From positions 1-64,000 of the IMG/VR virus record IMGVR_UViG_3300005529_000001: a DNA stretch of 64,000 nt, one strand, 5' to 3'. Both the position numbers and the translations under genes were made by a program. Shown here in pieces: positions 27,202 to 37,529 of this stretch. How positions within the stretch are numbered: the stretch's first letter is position 1; the number at the start of each line of letters is the position of its first letter. Under the pieces are notes generated by a model that ran no database searches, was not told the DNA's origin, and saw nothing but the letters and a program-made list of their open reading frames with translations.

Positions 27202-28253
27202 GGTTACAGTGTACCACAGCGAGTGGCTTTAGTTGCACTCAATGAAGTCACCCGGGACAGCAACAGAGATGGTCGAGTGACAGCTTGGGCAGTTTCGCAG
27301 CTCGAGGTCCGGGATTCCCATGTCCCGGGGCACATACTGGATGCCCACGTACTGGAGCGTTTCCCACTCGTTCTCGGTGATCTCGTGCCCACACGAGCAC
27401 TTCTTGGGCCAACTCTCGACGAACAGCTTCCTGGTCTCAGGATCGTCCATGGCGGCTTGGGCTGGGTGCTTCATTCGTCATCAACTTCAAGAACATAGAG
27501 GGCCCGAGCATGGACGTTAACACATTCCCTGATAGTGGCGACGTCACGGTAACTCAAACCCTGGAACAGAGTGACCACGCGCGCAGCGATCTCGGCCTGG
27601 CGGTCGACGTCCTCTTGGGCCTTAAGCTTCTGGGCTTCAGCCTCAAGCTCGACGATGCGTGTCTTGCGTTCTTCGCTCATTTTGCCTCTTGTTTCGGCGT
27701 TGACAACGCGGCAATGAGCAACTGAGCATCGGCAATATCGATCGTCGTCCGGATGGTCTCGTTGTCATCGTTCTGTTGGACGATCTCAGCTTCGCCAGTC
27801 CGGCGGTTGACATAGACCTGGAGCGTTGAGTCTGGGCCGTCAGTCGTGAAGACTTCCTTCCACTCGTTCCGGTAATCGCGTAACCAGACCACGTTGTCAT
27901 CAGCCATGGGCCGACTGTATACCGGCGTACACGCCGTTTGCAACGCTGGCGGTTACGAACGTCTCAGTTGTTCACGCCTGATGGCGTTCAGGAAATCGGG
28001 ACCAGGTCGCCGCAGGCCACATCGCCCCAGTGAGCGTAGATAAACCCGGTGCCATTGGAGGGCAACAGCAGGTAACCGTGAGCCGACTCATCGGTCTGCG
28101 GGTCAGCTCTCCACCGACGGTCTCGGGTCTCCACCGTCCCGGGGTTCCCGCTGGCGTTGGTGAGAGCCCAGGTGCCGATGACGGTGCAGACAACCCACCC
28201 CTCGATGAACTCGTTGAACTGGCACAGGGTGCCGAGAGGAAGCCTGTCGTTTC

Positions 28254-28709
28254 TCACATCGGCTTGACGAGCCGAAGGTCGTGGATGATGCACCGGCCCA
28301 CGAACGGGATGACGAAGGTGTGCTTCGGCACCTCTAGGTCGACCTGCTGCCGGGCGACGCGAGCTCGTTCGGTGACTCGCACGGTGCCAGCATAGATCAT
28401 AGACATTCCCCTCGGGACGACGATCAGGTCCTGGTTGCGAGCTATCCGCAACGTCGGGAACGGATAGACCCTCACGTCCCGCTCGATCTCCGAGAGCTCG
28501 AACCTCGCTGTGAACGAGCCACCGAGGTGCAGCGTCTGCTTGAAGCTGCCCGTTGGGCTGCCTGGGTTGATGTACGCTCCCGGCCGCTCCCTGATCGCAA
28601 GCCCGTACTTCTCGTCCGAGTCCTTCCAGGTGATGGTGCGTCGTCCCTCTTTCGGGGCAGCTGCTCTGCGATTGGGATTCTTCGATGAGTGTGGACGTTT
28701 CCAACCCAT
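28254..28709 (-). CDS. hypothetical protein
   Basis: TAAGAT 6 nt before ATG. Confidence 0.6.
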   Translation of the reverse strand: MGWKRPHSSKNPNRRAAAPKEGRRTITWKDSDEKYGLAIRERPGAYINPGSPTGSFKQTLHLGGSFTARFELSEIERDVRVYPFPTLRIARNQDLIVVPRGMSMIYAGTVRVTERARVARQQVDLEVPKHTFVIPFVGRCIIHDLRLVKPM

Positions 28710-28961
28710 GGACCAATCTTACCACCTTGAGCGGGCCAGATGCACCGTGCCTGTCCATGTGGTCAAGGATACCACAGTCCTACAGCGGCTTACACTGTGG
28801 AAAAACAAAGGGCCGGAACCCACGGGAAATCCTCCAAAGAGGCGCTCGGTCCGGCCCGGAGTTACTTGCGGGAATAACGGTACCCACGTTCACATTCATT
28901 CAAGTCAATATGCACCGCGGACCCAATGTCCGCCGTCCGGCGCGTCCCAATCAAAACAAGA

Positions 28962-29372
28962 CTATGCCTTGGGCTTAGCCCCTTTCCCGAACTTCTCACC
29001 AGCGCTCTCGAAGTTCTCGACGAGCGGAGCGATCATCTCCTTCCAGACCTGGTCGAAGACGAGTTGCTTGCGCGCGTTACGCTCAGCACGGCTGGGGACG
29101 GGCTTGCCGACCCCAAGACGGTGCTTCGTTGCTTGTTCCTTGAGGTTCGCGCGCTTGCCGTTCGGGTTACCGACCTCCTTCTTCATGGCTTTACGCCAGA
29201 GCTTCCTGAACTTTCGTTTCAATTGCCGTGCTTCCTCGGCCGAGAGCTGCTTCAGGGCGCGTTGCATGTCAAGCGATGGCTTCTCGATCGGGAGGATGCC
29301 GAGCTCGAACATGACCGTCTGGATGAAAGCGCGGTCAACGTCGCGCAGGTTTTCTCTAGGCTTAGTCGTCAT
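28962..29372 (-). CDS. basic hypothetical protein
   Basis: tiles after peptidase gene. Confidence 0.6.
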   Translation of the reverse strand: MTTKPRENLRDVDRAFIQTVMFELGILPIEKPSLDMQRALKQLSAEEARQLKRKFRKLWRKAMKKEVGNPNGKRANLKEQATKHRLGVGKPVPSRAERNARKQLVFDQVWKEMIAPLVENFESAGEKFGKGAKPKA

Positions 29373-29910
29373 CGCTCTCTCCGAACCCGTCTACTTTCAG
29401 TGCCCACTTCAGGTAGGTCTTGAGGTACTGCGCTCTGAACTTGTGAAACCGTTTCTTGTCGATCCTGATCCCCAACCGTCCAGCCAGCTTACGTCCGCGT
29501 TCCCATGCTTCGAACTCCTCATCAATGACGTCTAGTCGGTGATGGAGCGTCTTTTTCTCGTTGGGATCGTCCGTGTTGTACCCCATCCCAAATCGCTCGT
29601 CTTTGCTGCGGTCGCCGATGAGGATGTGCCCACATTCGTGAGTGATGATGTAAAACTGGCGTTCGGCCGACCTGCCGCTGCTGATTTTGAGCGATTTATT
29701 TTCGCTATCGATCTCTCCTCCACCTGTGACTTTCGCAAACTGGACTGAGTAACCCTGCCTGTTGCACCACTCAATGATCACCCCGAGAGCGCTGGTGAAC
29801 TTGAGGTCCCGTTTGTAGCGACGCTGGGCCTCAGCTCGGCGTGCACGGGGAGCCCTACGGAGCCTCTCCGCTGCACGCGTGCGCCAGACATCAGCCGCAA
29901 ACTCCGCCAC
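29362..29910 (-). CDS. HExxH metallopeptidase-like (ImmA/IrrE-like) protein
   Basis: ITHECGH...EEFEAW. Confidence 0.65.
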   Translation of the reverse strand: MAEFAADVWRTRAAERLRRAPRARRAEAQRRYKRDLKFTSALGVIIEWCNRQGYSVQFAKVTGGGEIDSENKSLKISSGRSAERQFYIITHECGHILIGDRSKDERFGMGYNTDDPNEKKTLHHRLDVIDEEFEAWERGRKLAGRLGIRIDKKRFHKFRAQYLKTYLKWALKVDGFGESDDD

Positions 29911-29927
29911 AAAGTCTAGGTATCGTT

Positions 29928-31136
29928 CTACTTCTTGGCCCCCTTGTCCTTGGCGGGTGCCTTGAAGATGCCGGGGATGTTCGGGATGATCCCGATCCCT
30001 GCCTCACCCATCGGGACGCCGAAGACATCGAGGATGTCCTTGGCACAGTACTTGTGGATGCTCTTGGCGAGCCCGATCTTGTCGATGCCGTGAGCTGTCA
30101 GCTTCGACCACAGCGAGATACGGTGCTCTTCGCCCAGCTCCCGCATGATGGCGGTGATGTTCTTGCCCTGCTGCTCGCTCAGCGTCTCCACGTTCTTGAA
30201 GACGTGGTCGCTGACCTTCTCGATGAGACCGTTGCGCTTCTCGTGCGACTGCTTGTCGAACTTGGCTTTGACTGAAGCGGTGTGGAAACGGTCGACCAGG
30301 TCCTCACCCGTTAGGTTGGTGTCGATGTTCTTGCAGTAGTCTCGGAACGCCGACGCTGCGTCGTTGCCGACGAAGACTCGGACGATGTTCCAGAAGCGGG
30401 GGTCGAGTGGCTTCTCGCTGAGTCCCGCAGCAACCAGCGACTCGTTGACAAACTCCCAACCGCGAGGGGATGGCTGCTGGGTGTTCGGGTCAGCGCCCTT
30501 GGCCGGGTACAGCCAGATGTCTCGCTGCTCGACGAAGTCCGGGATGAAGTAGTGGAGGTTACCACCCTGCTCGGGGTCAGTGTTCCGTGCCCAGCTGCAA
30601 AACTCGGCGGGGGTGACCATCAGGTCCACGACCGCCAGTCGTGACAGCAGCGCCGGATCGATCTCGTTGACCTGGTACTGGGCGCCGGTGTTGATCGCGG
30701 CGTAGACCCTCGACAACGGGTGAAGCTTGTGACCGTTGAGCTCGTGGTCCAGGACGATCTGGAACGAAGCTTGCATGACCTCGGTCGTGCCTCGGTTCAG
30801 CTCGTCGAGGAAGATGACGTGAGGCTCGTCACACGCCATCATGTACCAGTCAGGCGGGTTGAACCTGGTGACGCGGCCGTCGGTGCTGGGCAAGCCGATC
30901 AGGTCGCCCTCACTCATCTGGCCGAGGCGGCGGTCAATGACCTGGTAACCGCCCTCCTTGATGAGGCCTTGCTCGAGGAGCTGCTTGCGGATGATAGCGC
31001 TGACCTGCCTGACAGACTGGCTCTTGCCCCTGCCGTGGTCTGCGCGGAGAAGCACTGACCGTCTGGCGGGCAGCAAGGCTGCCGTCTCCTTGAAGGTCGT
31101 CATTGACATCGTCGTCTCGGAACCGGTGCTTGCCAT
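29928..31136 (-). CDS. MoxR-like AAA+ ATPase
   Basis: Walker A DHGRGKS, Walker B IFLDELNR, AAIN, DPALLSR, SPRGWE. Confidence 0.88.
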   Translation of the reverse strand: MASTGSETTMSMTTFKETAALLPARRSVLLRADHGRGKSQSVRQVSAIIRKQLLEQGLIKEGGYQVIDRRLGQMSEGDLIGLPSTDGRVTRFNPPDWYMMACDEPHVIFLDELNRGTTEVMQASFQIVLDHELNGHKLHPLSRVYAAINTGAQYQVNEIDPALLSRLAVVDLMVTPAEFCSWARNTDPEQGGNLHYFIPDFVEQRDIWLYPAKGADPNTQQPSPRGWEFVNESLVAAGLSEKPLDPRFWNIVRVFVGNDAASAFRDYCKNIDTNLTGEDLVDRFHTASVKAKFDKQSHEKRNGLIEKVSDHVFKNVETLSEQQGKNITAIMRELGEEHRISLWSKLTAHGIDKIGLAKSIHKYCAKDILDVFGVPMGEAGIGIIPNIPGIFKAPAKDKGAKK

Positions 31137-32469
31137 TCCTAAAACTCCTCAGAAGAAGTTGATGTTTCAGTGTAACCCAATCAGATCGGGCTTTGCATAA
31201 CCGTCAGTCGTCTTCAATCCCAAGAGCTTCGCGTTCGTCTTGTGTCAGTTTCGACAACGCCCGCTTCCGCACCTCTTTGGGATCTTCGAACTGGAGAATG
31301 ATCTCGTCACCAAGGATTGCCATGTGTTCATGGCCATTGTCATAGTAATTGACAATGTTGATAGTGCAGGATTCGATGTCTCCGGGTGTTCCCATCACCC
31401 CTTGACCCTGTGCCAGTCGCTCGGCGACATCACGGCTCGAAGCCCAACCGATCGTTTCGGTGCCGCCGAAGCGACCCTCGTTCTTATCAACGGGCGCGGT
31501 GACCTTGTAAGCGTTGATCGAAGTGATGATGCCCCTGATCTCATCACGGATGTGTGAAGTCTTGTTCCGCCTTGGCATGGGAGGAAACTACCACGCCAAG
31601 CTCAGCTCTTACACCAAGCGTTGTCGTACACGAGCGACCAGCTTTGGCAAATCGTCGGCGAGCTCTTCGTAAACGTGCCACTGGGGGCCCATCAGCCGGA
31701 AGCACTGGTAGTAGGACATCCGAGCCACGTTCTCAACGAAGTCACGGAAACCGTTGAAATGATCGGGCATCATGGTGTCGACGAGGAGGACCCAGTCGCC
31801 AATGCGTTGGAACTCGACGAACTGTCGCTTGACGACCGCTTCCTGGAACGCAACGGCAATCGAGTTATTACTGAAATCGTTGTCGCTCCAGTGACGCTTG
31901 CTCAGCACCCCGACAACGTAAGCGATCGTCTCAGGGCTGTGGGGCAAGCCCAACAGTTTTTCAGCAAAGTACTGGCTGACTCCCGCCCACTTGTTGACTA
32001 TGACCAGGCCCATCATGAGTAACTACTCGCTCCCAGAGCCGTTACTCCCTGTCCCTCTTGCGCTGTTTTTTCTGTGGGCGGTCTGTATCGTCTGAGGGTT
32101 GCCGGTAGGGAGCGTAAGGCGTGTCAGTCAGCACCGCGACACCCGGTTGCTCGACTGGAGCTTCAGGATCGATCTCACGACCTGTCTGTTCTTCGGTGAA
32201 GAGCGGAGCTTCGAGCACGATGACCCCCTCTTGGGGGCTGTTCACCGGGACGGGCATGACCGCCTTGAACTCAGCCTCTGTCGGCGGAACCACCCCGATC
32301 CTGTTGCACCAGTGAGTCAGAGCACCGTAAGTGCTAATGCCCCTGTCAGCTAGCATCTGCTTCAGCGTCGTCTTCCGACGCCTGATCATGTCGCTTAGCT
32401 TCAGCCGGGGCTGGTGTTTGGGCTCATACAGCCCCGGGGTCCCTCGTCCGTCACGCTGCATGACGGATA

Positions 32470-32772
32470 CTATACTCTCTTGGCTCGGCGCTGGGCCTCT
32501 ACGATGTGGAGGAGGTCAGCAATGCCGTGCTGGAACTGCGGCGACTTGGCGATCTCGTCAACCCGCTGCTCGGTCAGCTTCAGGTTCCATTCGTCAGCAA
32601 GTGCATTGACGAACTTCCGCATGACCCGCAACACGTAGTTCCGGGCGGAGGAGTGGTTCATGCTGAACCCAAGCTCCGTCATCATGTCCGCGATCTCGCG
32701 GTAGTTGTCGCCTTCGTCGTCGGCGACTGTTGCGTAACCGCGATCGACTCTCATTCCCCTGCGCAGTGCCAT
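32470..32772 (-). CDS. HTH-like DNA-binding protein
   Basis: NYREIADMMTELG...SARNY. Confidence 0.5.
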   Translation of the reverse strand: MALRRGMRVDRGYATVADDEGDNYREIADMMTELGFSMNHSSARNYVLRVMRKFVNALADEWNLKLTEQRVDEIAKSPQFQHGIADLLHIVEAQRRAKRV

Positions 32773-33358
32773 GTGTCACTCCTTCTTGGGTGGTTCATCG
32801 GGTTTTCCCTGTTTCAGGGGCAACGGGATGACGTTCGATGTCTCTTTCTTGCTAGCGTCTGGTTGCTTGGAACCCGGAAGCACCCTGCTCGACGGTCGGT
32901 TGGTAGGGTGCCTCAGGTTTCGTAGCTGGCCGATCGGGGGTACCACACGGCGACCTCCCGGTTCACCCGGTGTCGGAGCGTAACCACCCCATCGCAAATC
33001 TCCTTGCCGCCTGACGATGGGTGAAGCAAAACGTTGGTTTTGGAACTGACGCATCCTCTCGGAGAGGTCCATGTCAGCGGGCAACGGTGAGGGCTCGGGT
33101 TCTGGCCTGACTGACGGGAGAGGAGAGGGCTGCTTCTCTCTCACGACCAGCCGGAATGCTCCCGCTGCTGATAACAGCAACAGGCCGCTTCCCGCGCAAT
33201 AGAGGACAAAGTCAACTGAAGACATCAGCTATCGACTTTGCTTTTCTTCTTGGAGTTGACGCTCTCGATGACCCGTAAGGTCGTCTTCCAACCGACGTAG
33301 GTGCCGGCGGCAAACGCGGCTCCGGCGACGACCCCGCCCGCAATGAAAACCCACTTGA

Positions 33359-34174
33359 TCACGTGAGCCCCTTTCCGGATGCAACCCGTTTGACCTCATC
33401 CTCGGTGATGGGGTATGACTGCGAATCGGTCTGGTCTTCGACAAGACCGAACCGGAGCCTGAGGATCGCTGCTTCCTTCGCTGACAGCTCACAGATGACG
33501 CTCTTGACGATCTCGAGGAGTTGCTTCTCAGCAACGTTCTCGAAAGGATCGCAGCCTGGGCGGTCATCCTCGACCTTGTCCTCGATGGTGTCGCCCTCGC
33601 CGTTGGCACTGAGCGGTTGCTGGAGCGAGATGGTGCCACGGCCCGAGTGGATCGTTGCCTTGACAACAGTCTCGCTCGCGCCGATGATCTCCATCAGCTC
33701 CTCAGTCGTCGGCTCGGCCCCGTTCAGCTCGCGGTACTCTTCCGCAGCTTGCAACAGCTTGCGTTGCACCGTGACTGCATGAGCGGGAAGGCGGATGATC
33801 CGCTTGCGCTTCAGCACGTGCTGGCCGATGGCCTGCTTGATCCACCACGTTGCATAAGTCGAGAAGCGGAAACCTCGCTTCCAATCAAAGCGCTCGACTG
33901 CCTTCATCAGGCCGATGTTGCCCTCCTGCAAGAGGTCTTCCAGCGGGACCTGGCTGTTCTTGTACAGCTTGGCGATGGAGACAACCAGGCGCAGGTTGCA
34001 CTCAATGATCCGCTTGCGAGCCTTGTCAGAAGCGCCCTTGTCTTCGCCCTCAAACGTCTTGAAGAGCTCGACCACCTCTGGGTGTTTCAGCTGCGGGAAC
34101 GCGTGAAGCGCGTCCAGGTATGCGCCGACAACGTTCGTGTCGACGCCCTTTTCTTGGGTCTGCATCAGTTCCAC
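33359..34174 (-). CDS. RNA polymerase sigma-70 family factor
   Basis: NLRLVVSIAK, DLLQEGNIGLMKAVERFDWKRGFRFSTYATWWIKQAI, region 3-4 ILRLRFGL. Confidence 0.95.
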   Translation of the reverse strand: MELMQTQEKGVDTNVVGAYLDALHAFPQLKHPEVVELFKTFEGEDKGASDKARKRIIECNLRLVVSIAKLYKNSQVPLEDLLQEGNIGLMKAVERFDWKRGFRFSTYATWWIKQAIGQHVLKRKRIIRLPAHAVTVQRKLLQAAEEYRELNGAEPTTEELMEIIGASETVVKATIHSGRGTISLQQPLSANGEGDTIEDKVEDDRPGCDPFENVAEKQLLEIVKSVICELSAKEAAILRLRFGLVEDQTDSQSYPITEDEVKRVASGKGLT

Positions 34175-34581
34175 CTCGGTCGGCCGCCCGTGGCGGCGTA
34201 GACGAACGCGCTGTTGTCAAAGTCCCCAGCGGGTAGCTTTGACTCCTCGAGCTCACGCGCTTCCTGCTCTGACTTGAGCCAAGCGGTGTGAACCTCTCGC
34301 CGGCCTCGACGGAGCTGCTGCTCTCGCCGGACATAAGCGATTTCGATCTCCCAGGGCTGGGTATCGAGGCGTGCCTCGAGTGCCCTGTTGCGATCATCAT
34401 CGAGCGCTCTCAAGCGGACGATGAGATCCTCATCGAGGAGGGTGCCCAAGATGTCAACGTTGACAACTTCCGGCAGGGGAACGACCTGGCGGCGGGGGCG
34501 GGAAGGAAGTGAAGTGGTTGACGATGAATCGGAATGCTTCCGGGTCTTCTGCACAGTGGTCCTCGTCTCGTTGGAGCCCAA
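34165..34581 (-). CDS. hypothetical protein
   Basis: overlaps sigma start. Confidence 0.55.
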   Translation of the reverse strand: MGSNETRTTVQKTRKHSDSSSTTSLPSRPRRQVVPLPEVVNVDILGTLLDEDLIVRLRALDDDRNRALEARLDTQPWEIEIAYVRREQQLRRGRREVHTAWLKSEQEARELEESKLPAGDFDNSAFVYAATGGRPRWN

Positions 34582-35611
34582 TTGGGCGTGTCACCAGACT
34601 TTGACAACCTCACTCGTGCGCACCGTGAGGCTTGCACGCTATGAAGTCAGTTGATGCTAACATAACCACCCGTCATTGCCTTGTATAGGCTGGATGATCG
34701 TGATGAATATCAGCCCAACACCTTGTGCTTCTTGATGTCGCTCAGCGCTCGTGCAACATCAAGCGCCATCGTCATCTGCCCCTGCGCTTTCCCGCTGATG
34801 ACGGAAGAGCACAGAGCGTCGGCCGTCCGCAGAGCGGCTTTGAGCAAGACAAGCTGGGTCTCATCCAGAGTGATCGTCACTGACTTCGCCATAAGATTTC
34901 TCCTGGTTCCAGAGCAGCAACCTACATCTACGTTCCGTTAGCTTTCACAAAAGACTTTGTCGGTTCATCCTGGGTGAACCAACTCGAGGTGATGCTTGGA
35001 CATCGAGTGACACATCCCCTCGTGGAAAACCACGACGTGGTCAGCCTTGGGAGACCGACGGACGATGTGAACAACCGTGTCCTTCGGGATCGTTCCCGAT
35101 GGCTTCAGGTGTTCGACCACGTCCCATAGCTGGGTGGTCAATCTTGCGCGAGCTTTAAACATTTTTGTGACTTTACTCTTTGTTGTTCTTGGGTTTCACT
35201 GCCGGGATTCCCCCACATTTGATAGGGCAATACCTCTCGAATTCGCCCGTGCGGTCCTTCAAAGTCCGCCAGAGCCCAGTCGGTGGGTCAAAATCCCAGA
35301 TGACATCAGCACTAAACGTAACCTCAGTGCCGAATGGTTTGGGCTTAAATTCGCCGCCTGTTACACTTGCGGTCTGCTTGTGACGGATGCAGACCACGTG
35401 AACCAGACCATCGGAATCAACATGCACATACCCCCGTGGGATTGCTAACGTGTTGAACGTGTCAATATGATCGACGACGCTCCTACGAACGGCGGCTTCG
35501 TCAGCTCTCAACGTTTCCTTGATCTTCCGGATGAGAAAGCCTAAAGCCCGCGCTTTCTTAACGTTGGGTATCACCGAGACAACCTACCATTGTTCACGGT
35601 TAGGGTTGCAC

Positions 35612-35685
35612 TGGTTGGGGCGGAGGGATTCGAACCCCCGTAAGCTGATTCAAAGTCAGCGGTCCTGCCGTTGGACGACACCCCA
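35612..35685 (-). tRNA. trnQ: tRNA-Gln(TTG)
   Basis: GCTGA-CTTTGAA-TCAGC. Confidence 0.93.
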
Positions 35686-35713
35686 ATAGAGAGTAACAAG
35701 CTGCGTTCCGTGT

Positions 35714-35785
35714 TGGTTGCTCCGACTGGACTCGAACCAGTGGCCCCCGCTCCATGGTAACGGGTGTCCGCCGATATGCGGAGCA
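35714..35785 (-). tRNA. atypical tRNA-like RNA, reduced D arm, CAT centred in loop
   Basis: 7-bp acceptor plus ACCA, canonical T arm, CCCGTT-ACCATGG-AGCGGG. Confidence 0.55.
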
Positions 35786-35787
35786 AT

Positions 35788-35883
35788 GCGTCATGTCGAA
35801 CGGAATCGAACCGTTGCCCGGGTAGCAGCCGCGAGCCTTCACAGGATTCTGTGTTTTTCCCAGTGCTTTCCTCGAACGACATG
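35788..35883 (-). ncRNA. tRNA-like RNA with 4-nt anticodon loop
   Basis: CATGTCG/CGACATG acceptor, CACAG-AATC-CTGTG, T arm AACGG-TTCGATT-CCGTT. Confidence 0.55.
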
Positions 35884-35886
35884 ACT

Positions 35887-35961
35887 TGGCAGGGGCGCAG
35901 GGACTCGAACCCTGGTAGCGAGTTTTGGAGGCTCGCGTCCTAGCCGCTGAACGACACCCCT
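35887..35961 (-). tRNA. trnW: tRNA-Trp(CCA)
   Basis: loop CTCCAAA, G73, C.A mismatch at 31-39. Confidence 0.85.
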
Positions 35962-36053
35962 GTAAAAAGCGCTGGTACATGGGACAACTTGCGTTGATCA
36001 GACGTATTGGTTGTTAGTCAGTCTTCCGACAACACTCACCATGTTTGCCAGCT

Positions 36054-36130
36054 ACGGCACCGTCGACGGGAATCGAACCCGCATTTCCTGGTAGACAGCC
36101 AAGCGACCTAATCCATTGATCGACGACGGT
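36054..36130 (-). tRNA. trnD: tRNA-Asp(GTC)
   Basis: CTTGG-CTGTCTA-CCAGG (U37). Confidence 0.85.
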
Positions 36131-36213
36131 ATTGTATCGCTGTGAGAAGCTACCAACTCCTCGCGAGGCGGTGGGGCTCCCTTGCGCTGGGCGCCCATGT
36201 TACCTTGCAGCGA

Positions 36214-36287
36214 TGGCGGTCCCGAGGAGAATCGAACTCCCGTAATACGCTAGACAGGCGTACGTCCTACCACTGAACGACGAGACC
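36214..36287 (-). tRNA. trnD: tRNA-Asp(GTC), second copy
   Basis: TACGC-CTGTCTA-GCGTA (U37), GCCA. Confidence 0.88.
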
Positions 36288-36375
36288 ATTGGCTCCTCGT
36301 TTACCTCGGCGCTTGCCGCGCGTTCTGGTGTACAGACCATGTTGGCATGGTATCGGACCTGGACTTGTTCCGGAG

Positions 36376-36447
36376 TGGAGCTCACGGGATTTGAACCCGT
36401 AACTTCCAGCTTGCAAAGCTGGCACTCTCCCGTTGAGTTAGAGCCCC
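36376..36447 (-). tRNA. trnA: tRNA-Ala(TGC)
   Basis: G3:U70, CCAGC-TTTGCAA-GCTGG. Confidence 0.92.
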
Positions 36448-36448
36448 G

Positions 36449-36530
36449 TGGAGCAGGAGGGGATCGGACCCTCAATCACGCAGCCTCCGCTGGCGAGCGG
36501 CCTTACCGAGTGACCATCCATTGCTGCCCC
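36449..36530 (-). ncRNA. Ala-acceptor tRNA-like RNA with aberrant anticodon arm
   Basis: GGGGCAG/CTGCTCC-A (G3:U70); CCGCT-CGCC-AGCGG. Confidence 0.55.
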
Positions 36531-36609
36531 GTTGCAGCGTCGGTGGGTTACGTAGCAAATTGCATTCTATAGACGAGGAACTTCAATGATAGAATTGCCA
36601 CCGAGCCTA

Positions 36610-36652
36610 GCACTTCACCTTCTTGTCGGTCCTCTGCGACTGGTTACCGTGC
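36610..36652 (-). ncRNA. AGUA/GAA module copy J (minimal, GGUA variant)
   Basis: GCAC-GGUA-ACC...GUCG/CGAC...GGU-GAA-GUGC. Confidence 0.6.
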
Positions 36653-36654
36653 AG

Positions 36655-36727
36655 TGGAGCACGCGGGACTCGAACCCGCCACCTCAACGTTGCGAACGTT
36701 GCGCTCTCCCAGATGAGCTAGTGCCCC
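36655..36727 (-). tRNA. trnA: tRNA-Ala(CGC)
   Basis: CAACG-TTCGCAA-CGTTG. Confidence 0.92.
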
Positions 36728-36780
36728 GAAAACTCCGGCATGGTGACTGCTCTCGCAGACGATCCCGGAGGGATTATGGT

Positions 36781-36856
36781 TGGCAGCGGGGGATGGAGTT
36801 GGACCACCATTTCCAAGCCTTAGACGCCTGGCGACTTGCTGTTAGTCGACCCCGCT
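36781..36856 (-). tRNA. atypical tRNA with CUA (amber) anticodon, 6-bp anticodon stem
   Basis: CCAGGC-GTCTAAG-GCTTGG; G73-CCA; D loop lacks GG; T loop TCCAACT. Confidence 0.55.
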
Positions 36857-36857
36857 G

Positions 36858-36930
36858 TGGAGCTAGCGGGATTCGAACCCGCCACCTTCTGCATGCCATG
36901 CAGACGCTCTCCCAAATGAGCTATAGCCCC
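36858..36930 (-). tRNA. trnA: tRNA-Ala(GGC)
   Basis: TCTGC-ATGGCAT-GCAGA. Confidence 0.92.
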
Positions 36931-37055
36931 GTGTGCCGGCGGTTACTCTGAGTCTTCACCTTCAGGTTTGCAGCAAAGCACGATGAAACACGCACGCTGT
37001 GTGAATGCATATCGTAGTTGGTCGCTGGTCCTCCTATCCGCGCCGGCGGATCGGA

Positions 37056-37131
37056 TGGTGATCCTGGTGGGACTCGAACCCACGAGTTTCTGCGAGTCAT
37101 GCAGACGATCTGGCCGCTGATCTACAGGATC
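37056..37131 (-). tRNA. trnV: tRNA-Val(GAC), second copy
   Basis: TCTGC-ATGACTC-GCAGA (U37). Confidence 0.85.
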
Positions 37132-37371
37132 GTGGCCGGTCTCTCCCGGCGGTCATAGCGGACGATGTGGTCCGCACGTTTTGTCTTTACCTTTCCTTCC
37201 GCTTGTTGCGGTACTGCCGTCGCCAACAGGGCCGGCACATGTATGCCATCCCCGCGAGCTGTGCAGCGATTTGACACCACTTACACATTCCGCGCCTCCT
37301 TTCGTATGAACGAAAGTGGCTACGGAGGTCTTGAATGATCCATGCAGTGACACCTCTTGTTTGGCAAGGTT

Positions 37372-37449
37372 TGGTTGCGGACACCAGGAGTCGAACCTAG
37401 CTGTTGCTGGGTTATGGGCCCAGCGTGTAAGCCGTTTCACTCGTCCGCA
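37372..37449 (-). tRNA. initiator-like tRNA-fMet(CAT)
   Basis: three G-C pairs CTGGG-CCCATAA-CCCAG; U1:A72; ACCA. Confidence 0.75.
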
Positions 37450-37523
37450 GTGGGTCCGGAGGGCAATGATCCCACACGCTTCCGGTTAAAAGCCGGCTGC
37501 TCTGCCAATTGAGCTACGGACCC
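37449..37523 (-). tRNA. trnK: tRNA-Lys(TTT), atypical T loop
   Basis: CCGG-CTTTTAA-CCGG; T loop ATCATTG. Confidence 0.8.
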
Positions 37524-37529
37524 GTATTA

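Noticed and set aside
35714-36530. tmRNA
   Set aside because: No GGGG-start tmRNA with tag ORF and pseudoknots could be assembled; only isolated acceptor/T-arm mimics.
36781-36856. Genome-wide TAG recoding
   Set aside because: TAG terminates well-tiled genes (e.g. 29928), and long ORFs are intact in the standard code.
36939-36961. GGUGAA-GACUCAG-AGUAACC: both module half-sites in reversed order
   Set aside because: No matching partner half-sites or outer helix found, and a competing CUGA/UCAG hairpin exists; not counted as a module copy.
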